Source: an uncultured Kofleriaceae bacterium
Lineage (GTDB): Bacteria > Myxococcota_A > Polyangia > Haliangiales > Haliangiaceae
Direction of reading: 5' to 3'
NCBI GenBank assembly: GCA_964617845.1
Contig: CAZUAR010000003.1
Span: forward strand, 56,518-69,907
Length of the DNA: 13,390 nucleotides
In this document: in pieces, positions 6,653 to 13,390 of the stretch
Layout: each line of letters opens with the position of its first letter
Position numbering within the stretch: the stretch's first letter is position 1
Notes under the pieces: generated by a model
What the model saw: the letters and a program-made list of their open reading frames with translations, nothing else
Databases searched by the model: none
Told to the model about the DNA's origin: nothing
Program-made: the position numbers and the translations under genes

Positions 6653-8107
6653 CTAGCGGCGACAGGTCGCGATCTCGATCAGCTCGCGCCGGCTCCGCTC
6701 CCACACGCGCTCGTCGGTCGGCCAACCAGCGACGGGCATCGTGCGAGCGACGACCATCGCGGTCGCCATCGGATCGCACGCCTTCGCGAGCTCGAGCAGC
6801 TCGCGATCCTGCTGCCCGCGCCGCAGGGCCGCGAGTCGAAGCGTCGGACGGCATCCGCCGTCGGCCGGTAGCGCGAGGACGCCGTCGAGGTTGCCGTGAT
6901 CCTCGCCGTCGTCGAAGCTGACGGGGTCGCGGAGGTCGAGCGCGCGGCCCGGCAGCGGCGCGCCCTTGCGGTTGTGGCGGTCGTGCCAGTACAGCGCGTC
7001 CCACACGTACCACTGCGGGATGCCATCGCGATGCATGAGCCAGCCCCATGTCCTCGGACCTGGGGTCTCGGCGTCGAGGATCATCGCGCCCGAGTACGGA
7101 GGAAGTCCGTTGTAGGCCCACGCGCCGCTCCGGGGCGCGGGTCGGAGCTGGATGAATTGATCGACGAGCCCGAGCCACTCCGGTCTGGGCGGTGCAGTGA
7201 CCGCGAAGCGGAACGTGTTCGGTCCACCGCCCGCGGCGCGGATCACCGTGCCGAGCGCGACGACGTCCTGGATGCGCTTCGCGGTCCGGGGCTCGTCGAT
7301 CGGAATCGCGAACGGCACGTGTCCCGTGCCCCTCGTGGCGGCGATCCAGGCACGCACCTCGTCGCCGGCCTTCGCCGGATCGGCGGAGATGACCACCGGC
7401 ACGTCGCGGATGCCCGCGAAGTCGGCCTTGCGGCTGGGCCACCAGTCGATGTGGATGTCGGGGGTGAGCAGCACGCCGTGATCGCGGAACATCGACATGC
7501 ACGCGCGTTCGGCGGCGCTGGGAACCGCGCGCGAGGGCATCGCGCCCTTCGAGGCCCATGCGAGCTCGCGAGGGTCTTCGTAGGCCCACACGCGCGGCGG
7601 ACGGGTCGGGATCGTGACGTCCGCGACGGCGAGCTCGACCGGGTATCGCGTGTCTCCGACGATCAGCGCGCCCTGCAAGCTCCCGATGGCCATCTCGCGT
7701 GGAACGCGAACCTCGACGTACCGCACGTGCGATGGGCTCGATGGCGATGGGCGCGGGATGAGGCCGTCCGCGTACCGCCCCTTCCCCGCGCTCGCGCCGT
7801 ACAGCCCGGGCGTCGAGGGGCGAGCGACCTCGATGGCCTCCACATCGAACACCCGCACGTCGACACCTTCGAGCTCGAAGACGATGGGCGCGTCGTTCGA
7901 TGTGACGACCTGAAGGCCGATCGTCTCGCCGCGCGCCGCGACCAGCGATAGCCGCTCGCCGTCGAACCACGGCGTGACACGCGGGAGCGGATCGCCGATC
8001 CGGTAGCGCGTCGACTCGCCGAGCACCGCGATCGATGGCCCTGGATCGGTCGCCCCGGCGGGATCGCAAGCAGCGAGCGCCAGGGCACAGGCGAGGACGC
8101 GCGACAT
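6653..8107 (-). CDS. Lipoprotein of unknown function (484 aa), candidate polysaccharide-active hydrolase by genomic context only
   Basis: Seen in sequence. ATG at 8107-8105. Lipobox MSRVLACALALAAC|D (LAAC, with +2 Asp). Natural, Trp/Tyr-rich composition (for example WAYNGLPPYSGAMILDAETPGPRTWGWLMHRDGIPQWYVWDALYWHD). The overlapping frames are Arg-rich artefacts. The ORF-track frame upstream of this ATG (to 8344) looks non-coding. I do not recognise a family. Confidence 0.65.
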   Translation of the reverse strand: MSRVLACALALAACDPAGATDPGPSIAVLGESTRYRIGDPLPRVTPWFDGERLSLVAARGETIGLQVVTSNDAPIVFELEGVDVRVFDVEAIEVARPSTPGLYGASAGKGRYADGLIPRPSPSSPSHVRYVEVRVPREMAIGSLQGALIVGDTRYPVELAVADVTIPTRPPRVWAYEDPRELAWASKGAMPSRAVPSAAERACMSMFRDHGVLLTPDIHIDWWPSRKADFAGIRDVPVVISADPAKAGDEVRAWIAATRGTGHVPFAIPIDEPRTAKRIQDVVALGTVIRAAGGGPNTFRFAVTAPPRPEWLGLVDQFIQLRPAPRSGAWAYNGLPPYSGAMILDAETPGPRTWGWLMHRDGIPQWYVWDALYWHDRHNRKGAPLPGRALDLRDPVSFDDGEDHGNLDGVLALPADGGCRPTLRLAALRRGQQDRELLELAKACDPMATAMVVARTMPVAGWPTDERVWERSRRELIEIATCRR

Positions 8108-8162
8108 CGTCCCAGGCGCAGCAAAGCCCGAGCCGGCCCGCAAATCGCAGAGCCACACGCCG

Positions 8163-9470
8163 ATGGCAACGCCAACCCGCGTAGAGACTCGGATCTCGCC
8201 GACGGAGGGCGATCCGTCGAGCGAGCGAGCGCAGAGCGACGCGCGCGCGGGCGCACGTGTGGCCGCGCAGCACGCGAGGGTCGTCGCTCCCGTCGAATCG
8301 CTGCCGATCATCGCGTTCGCGAAGGACTGGCACGAGGATCCCACGTCGAACCATCACGTGCTGCGCGAGCTCGCGAAGACGCGGCGCGTGCTGTGGCTCA
8401 ACTCGCTCGCGACGAGGACGCCGAGCCTCGCGAGCGGTCGCGACCTCGGCAAGATCAAGCGCAAGCTCGTCGAGTTCTCGAAGGGTCCGGTGAACGTCGA
8501 GAACGACCTGTGGGTGTTCTCGCCGCTCGTGCTTCCGCTGCCGCACGAGGCGTGGGCGCGATCGATCAACAAGCAGGTGCTACGCGCGACGATCCGTGGC
8601 CTGCGCTGGAAGCTCGGGATCGACAGGTTCCAGCTGTGGACGTTCCTCCCGAACAGCGCGGACTACGTCGGGATGCTCGGCGAGGAGTCGAGCGTCTACT
8701 ACTGCGTCGACGAGTGGTCGCTGTTCTCGTATCTGGATCGCGAGCAGACGGTCGCGGCCGAGAAGGCGCTGCTCGGCAAGGTCGATGCGGTGTTCGCGAT
8801 CAACCACGCGCTGGCAGAGGCGAAGCGAGGCGTGAACGCGTCGACGTTCGTGAGCCCGCACGGCGTGGATCACGCCCTGTTCGCGAGCGCGCTCGACGAG
8901 GCGACCGTGGTGCCGGCAGACATCGCCGCGATCTCGGGCCCGCGGATCGGGTTCTACGGGACGATCCGCGACTGGGTCGACCTCGAGCTCGTCGCCCATG
9001 TCGCGAAGGCGCGACCCGCGTGGTCGATCGTGTTGCTCGGCCAGGTGCTGTGCGATGCGAGTGCGATCGCCGGGCTGCCGAACGTTCACCTCCTCGGGCA
9101 GAAGCGGCACGACGAGCTGCCCGCGTACTGCAAGGCGTTCGACGTCGGCATCATTCCGTACCGGATCGATGACCGGATGACGTTCGTCAATCCGCTGAAG
9201 CTGCGCGAGTACCTGTCGGCGGGGTTGCCGGTCGTGTCGACGCCGGTGCCCGAGGTCGCGCGGTACCGCGAGTGGTGCCGGATCGCGGCGACGCCACCGG
9301 AGTTCGTCGAGGCGATCGAAGCGGCGCTCGCCGAGTGCAAACCGGCGACGCGCGCCGCGCGAAGCGCCGCGATGAAGAACGAGACGTGGTCGGCGCGCGT
9401 CGCCGACGTGATGCGAACTGTCGACGAGATCAGCCAGAGCAAACAGACCAAGGGAATGAAGGGAACATGA
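8163..9470 (+). CDS. Glycosyltransferase, GT-B fold (GT4/group-1 like)
   Basis: Seen in sequence. C-terminal nucleotide-sugar-binding region GIIPYRIDDRMTFVNPLKLREYLSAGLPVVSTPVPEV and the overall GT-B pattern. Start is uncertain: ATG at 8163 leaves only 55 bp to the divergent lipoprotein gene, a GTG at 8259 is the alternative, and the first ~40 aa are low-complexity. Stop TGA at 9468-9470. Confidence 0.75.
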   Translation: MATPTRVETRISPTEGDPSSERAQSDARAGARVAAQHARVVAPVESLPIIAFAKDWHEDPTSNHHVLRELAKTRRVLWLNSLATRTPSLASGRDLGKIKRKLVEFSKGPVNVENDLWVFSPLVLPLPHEAWARSINKQVLRATIRGLRWKLGIDRFQLWTFLPNSADYVGMLGEESSVYYCVDEWSLFSYLDREQTVAAEKALLGKVDAVFAINHALAEAKRGVNASTFVSPHGVDHALFASALDEATVVPADIAAISGPRIGFYGTIRDWVDLELVAHVAKARPAWSIVLLGQVLCDASAIAGLPNVHLLGQKRHDELPAYCKAFDVGIIPYRIDDRMTFVNPLKLREYLSAGLPVVSTPVPEVARYREWCRIAATPPEFVEAIEAALAECKPATRAARSAAMKNETWSARVADVMRTVDEISQSKQTKGMKGT

Positions 9471-11551
9471 GCACCAAGAAGCTGCGCGCCGGCATGGTCG
9501 GCGCAGGAAACATCTGCGAGTTCCACGTCGCTGCCATCCAGAAGCTGGCGAGCGCGCCCCAGAGCGAGGTCGAGCTGATCGGCGTCGCAGACCTCGACGC
9601 GGAGCGTGCCGCGGCGAACGCCGAGAAGTGGGGCACGCGGGCGTATGCGGATCTGGACGCGCTCGTCGCGGCGGGCGCCAACGTGATCCACGTGCTCACG
9701 CCACCCTCGTCGCACGCGGCGATCGCGCGCGCGGCGCTCGAGCGTAGATGCCACGTGCTCGTCGAGAAGCCGATCACCGAGGACGCCGAAGAAGCACACG
9801 CACTCGGCGAGCTGGCGGCGAAGAAGGGGCTGACGATCAGCTGCAACCACTCGCTGCTGTTCGACCCGCAGATCGTGCGTGCGCTCGACATGGTCAAGGC
9901 TGGCAAGCTCGGCGAGATCGTCGGCGTCGACATCCTGCGCGGAAGCGAGTACCCGCCGTACGAGGGCGGGCCGCTGCCGCCGTGGTACCGCGACGCGGGC
10001 TATCCGTTCCGCGACATCGGCGTGCACTGCCTCTATCTGATCCAGGAGCTGCTCGGGCCGATCACCAACGTCGACGCGAAGTGGCGCTCGCTCGGCGGCG
10101 ATCCGAACCTCGCGTTCGACGAGTGGCGCGCGCTCGTCGCGTGCAAGCGCGGCCTCGGGCAGCTGCAGATCACCTACAACACGAAGCCGATGCAGTCGCA
10201 GCTGATCATCCACGGCACCAAGGGCGTGCTGCGCGTCGATCTGTTCGCGATGTTCCACGGCAAGCGCGCGTCGACGCCGCTGCCCAAGGCGGCCGAGCGC
10301 TTGATCAACGCGTTCACCGATTCGCTGCAGCCGCTCGTCGACGTTCCGGTGAACGTCGTGAAGTTCGTGCGCAAGCAGGTGCAGTCGTATCAGGGCCTGC
10401 GCGACCTCGTCGCCGACTTCTACGCGCGGCTGCTCGGCAACAAGGAGCCGGCGGTCTCCGTCGACGACGCGGCCAACGTCGTCGCGTGGGTCGAGAAGGT
10501 CGCGCGCGCGGCCGACGCGGATCACGCGCGGAACCTGTCGCGGTTCCAGACGTCGGATCGGATCCCGTTCGTCGTGACCGGTGCGTCGGGGTCGCTGGGC
10601 AAGGCGGTCGTGAACCGCTTGCTCGCCGACGGACATCGCGTGCGCGTGTTCCAGCGCAAGATCCCCGCGCAGGCGCGCGAGGGCGTCGAGTACGTGTTCG
10701 GCAACCTCGGCGATCCGAAGGCGGTCGACAAGGCGATCCGCGGCGCCGAGGTCGTCATCCATTGCGGCGCGGCGATGAAGGGCGGCTGGCCGGAGCACAA
10801 GGGCGGCACCGTCGTCGGCACGCAGAACGTGATCGATGCGTGCAAGAAGCACGAGGTGCGGCAGCTCGTGCACATCTCGTCGATGTCGGTCGTCGATTGG
10901 GCCGGCAGCGCCGGGACCACCGTCGGCGAAGGCGCGGCGCTCGAGCCTCGCCCCGACGAGCGCGGCGCGTACACCCGCGCGAAGCTCGAGGCCGAGAAGC
11001 TCGTGCGCGAGGCAGCGGCGGGCGGCTTCCCCGCGGTGATCCTGCGCCCCGGGCAGATCTTCGGCGGCGGGATCCCGCTGATCAACGGCGCGGTCGCGCG
11101 CAACGCCGGCGGACGCTGGCTCGTCCTGGGCGACGGAACGATCGAGCTACCGTTGATCTATATCGACGATGTCGTCGACGCGATCATGCGCTCGGTGCAG
11201 CTGCGTCTCGTCAGCGGCGAGGTGATCCAGCTGATCGATCCCGAGAAGCTCACGCAGGCCGACGTGCTCGCGCTCGCCGGCGAGAACAAGCCGCAGCTCA
11301 AGGTGCCGCGCTCCGTCGTGTTCGCGCTCGGCAAGCTCAGCGAGCTGCCGCTCGGTGCGCTCGGCAAGCCGAGCCCGATCGCGCTGTACCGCCTGCAGTC
11401 GGCCCTCTCGCGCATGCACTACGGCAGCGACGTCGCCAAGAACGTCCTCGGCTGGGCGCCGCGCGTCGGTGTTCGCGAGGGCATTCGGCGCGTGACCGGG
11501 GCGGCGCCACGCGGCAGCGCGACACCCCCACTGCGCGTCGCGGCGCCTTGA
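9467..11551 (+). CDS. Fusion protein: N-terminal Gfo/Idh/MocA-family NAD(P)-dependent oxidoreductase plus C-terminal extended-SDR NAD-dependent epimerase/dehydratase-like domain (694 aa); putative nucleotide-sugar modifying enzyme
   Basis: Seen in sequence. ATG at 9467 overlaps the upstream stop (ATGA). Gfo/Idh/MocA Rossmann region MVGAGNICEFHVAAI and LVEKP at 9491 onward. A second Rossmann motif VVTGASGSLGKAVVNRLLADGHRVRVF at about 10566-10640, with the SDR catalytic pattern S (HISSMS) and YTRAK (YxxxK). The upstream 65 codons of the ORF-track frame are Arg-rich and non-coding-like. Confidence 0.8.
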   Translation: MSTKKLRAGMVGAGNICEFHVAAIQKLASAPQSEVELIGVADLDAERAAANAEKWGTRAYADLDALVAAGANVIHVLTPPSSHAAIARAALERRCHVLVEKPITEDAEEAHALGELAAKKGLTISCNHSLLFDPQIVRALDMVKAGKLGEIVGVDILRGSEYPPYEGGPLPPWYRDAGYPFRDIGVHCLYLIQELLGPITNVDAKWRSLGGDPNLAFDEWRALVACKRGLGQLQITYNTKPMQSQLIIHGTKGVLRVDLFAMFHGKRASTPLPKAAERLINAFTDSLQPLVDVPVNVVKFVRKQVQSYQGLRDLVADFYARLLGNKEPAVSVDDAANVVAWVEKVARAADADHARNLSRFQTSDRIPFVVTGASGSLGKAVVNRLLADGHRVRVFQRKIPAQAREGVEYVFGNLGDPKAVDKAIRGAEVVIHCGAAMKGGWPEHKGGTVVGTQNVIDACKKHEVRQLVHISSMSVVDWAGSAGTTVGEGAALEPRPDERGAYTRAKLEAEKLVREAAAGGFPAVILRPGQIFGGGIPLINGAVARNAGGRWLVLGDGTIELPLIYIDDVVDAIMRSVQLRLVSGEVIQLIDPEKLTQADVLALAGENKPQLKVPRSVVFALGKLSELPLGALGKPSPIALYRLQSALSRMHYGSDVAKNVLGWAPRVGVREGIRRVTGAAPRGSATPPLRVAAP

Positions 11552-12612
11552 TGCGCGCGGCGATGCGTGACGAGGTCCTCGCGTCGCGCGTGCTGCGCGG
11601 CGCCGTGATCCTCGCCGCGCTCGCATGCGCGGCGGCCGCGCGGGCCGACACGATCGTCACCGTGCAGCTGTCGCCGGACGGCCAGCAGCTCGCGCAGCAG
11701 CTCGGCGTCACGCCCGAGCAGCTCGCCGCGCAGGTGACGCGCGCGGTCGACGACGCGTACCAGACGGCGAACATCGAGGAGTTCCTCGAGTCGTTCGTCG
11801 ACGCGACGTCGTTCTCGTCGCGCGGCATCGGTGTCGACTACGCCTCGCAGCCGACGGGCTTCATCGCGGGCTTCGCGGTCAACCTCGCCGCCGCGGGCGA
11901 CCAGGAGCTGCGCGCCGACGAGCGCCCGACGGCGGGCCTCGCCGCGAACGTCTCGGTGCTCGTCGGGATGAACCTCGCCGAGTGGAAGCTGTCGCGTTGG
12001 ACGATCTTCGCGAACGGGTTCTATCGCAACGCGGAGCTCGAGCGCCTCGACGGCACGATCCTCAGCGCGGGCGCTCACGTGCAGTACACGATCATCCCCG
12101 CGCCCGCGGACGGCGGCACCGGGACGTTCGTGCGCTGGATCGGCCTCGCGGCGACGAGCGGCCTCGAGCTCACGCGCTGGTCGCTCGGCACGGGCTCCGA
12201 CACGCTGTCCACGGACTTCGACGTCGGCAGCGGCAACAACACCGCGCACGTCGACGTCGACTCGACAGGACAGCTCGATCTGCGCTCGCAGGCGATCACG
12301 GTGCCGCTCGAAGCGACCACCGGCCTGCGCGTCATGTGGCTCGCGACGCTCTACGCCGGCGTCGGTGTCGACTTCACGCTCGGCAACGCCGACGTCACCG
12401 CGAACATGAACGGCATCGCGCGCGCCGACGACGGCCGCGAGCTCGGCACGGTCGCCATCACCGGCGAGGGCTACGCGAACGGATCGCCCGCGACGCTGCG
12501 CGCGCTCGTCGGGCTGCAGCTGAACCTGTGGAAGCTGAAGCTGTTCTCGCAGCTCAACGCATCGCAGTCGCCCGCGGTGAGCGTCGCGTTCGGTCTCAAG
12601 TTCGTGCAGTAG
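11551..12612 (+). CDS. Secreted beta-rich protein, putative outer-membrane beta-barrel (candidate polysaccharide-secretion porin by context)
   Basis: Seen in sequence. ATG at 11551 overlaps the upstream TGA by 1 nt (TGATG); a second in-frame ATG sits at 11563. Signal peptide RVLRGAVILAALACAAAARA|DT. Many short amphipathic strands rich in W/Y/F (for example RWTIFANGFY, FVRWIGLAATSGLELTRWSLG, LRVMWLATLYAGVGVDFTLG). The C-terminus is AVSVAFGLKFVQ, with alternating hydrophobics and F at -3. Only the 3' third of the 954-aa ORF-track frame is real; the upstream part is an alternate frame of the fusion gene. Confidence 0.5.
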   Translation: MRAAMRDEVLASRVLRGAVILAALACAAAARADTIVTVQLSPDGQQLAQQLGVTPEQLAAQVTRAVDDAYQTANIEEFLESFVDATSFSSRGIGVDYASQPTGFIAGFAVNLAAAGDQELRADERPTAGLAANVSVLVGMNLAEWKLSRWTIFANGFYRNAELERLDGTILSAGAHVQYTIIPAPADGGTGTFVRWIGLAATSGLELTRWSLGTGSDTLSTDFDVGSGNNTAHVDVDSTGQLDLRSQAITVPLEATTGLRVMWLATLYAGVGVDFTLGNADVTANMNGIARADDGRELGTVAITGEGYANGSPATLRALVGLQLNLWKLKLFSQLNASQSPAVSVAFGLKFVQ

Positions 12613-13390
12613 GCTCGGCGAGCCCCGCGGCGACGAGGATCGCGCGCGCCACGCGGGCACCGTCGACGGCCGCCGACACGATGCCGCCCGCGTAGCCCGC
12701 GCCCTCCGCGCACGGATACAGCCCCGCGATGTCCGGCGACACGAGCCGCTCGGGATCGCGAGGCACGCGCACCGGCGAGCTCGTTCGCGACTCCACGCCG
12801 ACGAGGACCGCCTCCTCCGTCAGGTAGCCGCGCATCTGCTTGTCGAAGTGCACGAGCGCTTCGCGCAGCCGCGCCGCGAGCGGGACACCGATCGTGTCGA
12901 GCACCTCGCCGACATCGGTGGCGAACAGCCCGGGCTGATAGCTCGTGCCGGGCACCGTCGACGACGCCTTGCCGCGCACGAAGTCGGTCGCCCTCGTCGC
13001 CGGCGCGCGCAGCTCGCCACCGCCCGCGCTCGCCGCCGCGCGCTCGAGCTTCGCCTGCAGCTCTACGCCGCCCATCGGGCGCGCGAGGCCCAGGCGATCG
13101 AGATCCGCGAGCTCCACCGCCACGACCAGCCCCGAGTTCGCGTACGGCGAATCGCGCCGCGACAGGCTCATGCCGTTCACCACCACGCCGTCCGCTTCCG
13201 TCGACGCCGGCACGATCCAGCCGCCGGGACACATGCAGAACGAGAACGCCCCGCGCCCATCGCTCGGCGTGAACGCCAGCCGATACGGCGCCGCCGGCAG
13301 CTTCGGATGCCCGGCCACGCGCCCGTACTGGATGCGATCGATCAGCGGCTGCGGATGCTCGATGCGCACGCCCATCGCGAACGGCTTTGC
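12596..13390 (-). CDS. FAD-dependent oxidoreductase-like protein (C-terminal portion only; the 5' end lies beyond the window)
   Basis: Seen in sequence. The frame is open to the window end: AKPFA precedes the first in-window Met. Conserved-looking segments include CMCPGGWIVPASTEADGVVVNGMSLSRRDSPYANSGLVVAV and GLYPCAEGAGYAGGIVSAAVDGARVA, which recall uncharacterised FAD-dependent dehydrogenases (COG2509-like). That assignment is from memory, not a search. It overlaps the convergent upstream gene by 17 nt. Confidence 0.5.
   Translation of the reverse strand, partial: AKPFAMGVRIEHPQPLIDRIQYGRVAGHPKLPAAPYRLAFTPSDGRGAFSFCMCPGGWIVPASTEADGVVVNGMSLSRRDSPYANSGLVVAVELADLDRLGLARPMGGVELQAKLERAAASAGGGELRAPATRATDFVRGKASSTVPGTSYQPGLFATDVGEVLDTIGVPLAARLREALVHFDKQMRGYLTEEAVLVGVESRTSSPVRVPRDPERLVSPDIAGLYPCAEGAGYAGGIVSAAVDGARVARAILVAAGLAEPTART

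Noticed and set aside
6588-8546. Minus-strand 652-aa ORF and plus-strand 351-aa ORF (6896-7951) overlapping the lipoprotein gene.
   Set aside because: Both are Arg-rich frame artefacts. Only the 6653-8107 minus frame has protein-like composition and a lipoprotein signal.
9086-10873. Minus-strand 595-aa ORF, and the 5' two-thirds of the plus-strand 954-aa ORF (9748-11550), overlapping the oxidoreductase fusion gene.
   Set aside because: Alternate-frame artefacts with Arg/Gly/Asp-rich junk. Only 11551-12612 of the 954-aa frame shows real protein features (signal peptide, beta-strands).
12596-12612. A 17-nt convergent overlap between the beta-barrel gene's 3' end and the FAD-oxidoreductase gene's 3' end, as a possible annotation error or antisense regulation.
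   Set aside because: Short convergent overlaps are common in compact high-GC genomes. Either stop could be real and nothing in the sequence settles it.

Overview
The window is high-GC (about 70%) and densely coding. It reads as part of a Wzx/Wzy-type surface-polysaccharide (EPS/capsule-like) assembly locus from a diderm bacterium. The layout, with split PCP and BY-kinase genes, lipoproteins and a candidate outer-membrane beta-barrel, fits a myxobacterium (Myxococcota). That organism call is an inference from composition and gene content, not a search result.

From left to right:
- Minus strand, running off the left edge: a secreted protein with perfect 18-bp tandem repeats encoding PQTPTM.
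- Minus strand: a small PglC/WbaP-type polyprenyl-phosphate sugar-1-phosphate transferase, the priming enzyme.
- A divergent promoter region.
- Plus-strand operon with translational coupling at the anti-sigma/STAS and PCP-2/BY-kinase junctions: an RsbW/SpoIIAB-like GHKL serine kinase (anti-sigma-factor type), a STAS anti-sigma-factor antagonist that keeps the DSSG phospho-serine motif, a GT4 glycosyltransferase, two tandem polysaccharide co-polymerase (PCP-2b-like) membrane proteins, and a BY-kinase-family P-loop ATPase with no C-terminal tyrosine cluster.
- Minus strand: a large lipoprotein of unknown function, possibly a glycanase.
- Second plus-strand operon: a GT-B glycosyltransferase, a 694-aa fusion of a Gfo/Idh/MocA oxidoreductase with an extended-SDR epimerase/dehydratase domain, and a signal-peptide beta-rich protein that looks like an outer-membrane beta-barrel.
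- Minus strand, partial at the right edge: an FAD-dependent oxidoreductase.

No flippase, polymerase or Wza-like (OPX) outer-membrane export gene is in the window. The most interesting signal is a Syp-like arrangement: a serine-kinase/STAS partner-switching pair heading a polysaccharide operon that ends in a probably non-phosphorylatable BY-kinase homologue. Long arginine-rich antisense ORFs over the plus-strand genes are high-GC artefacts.
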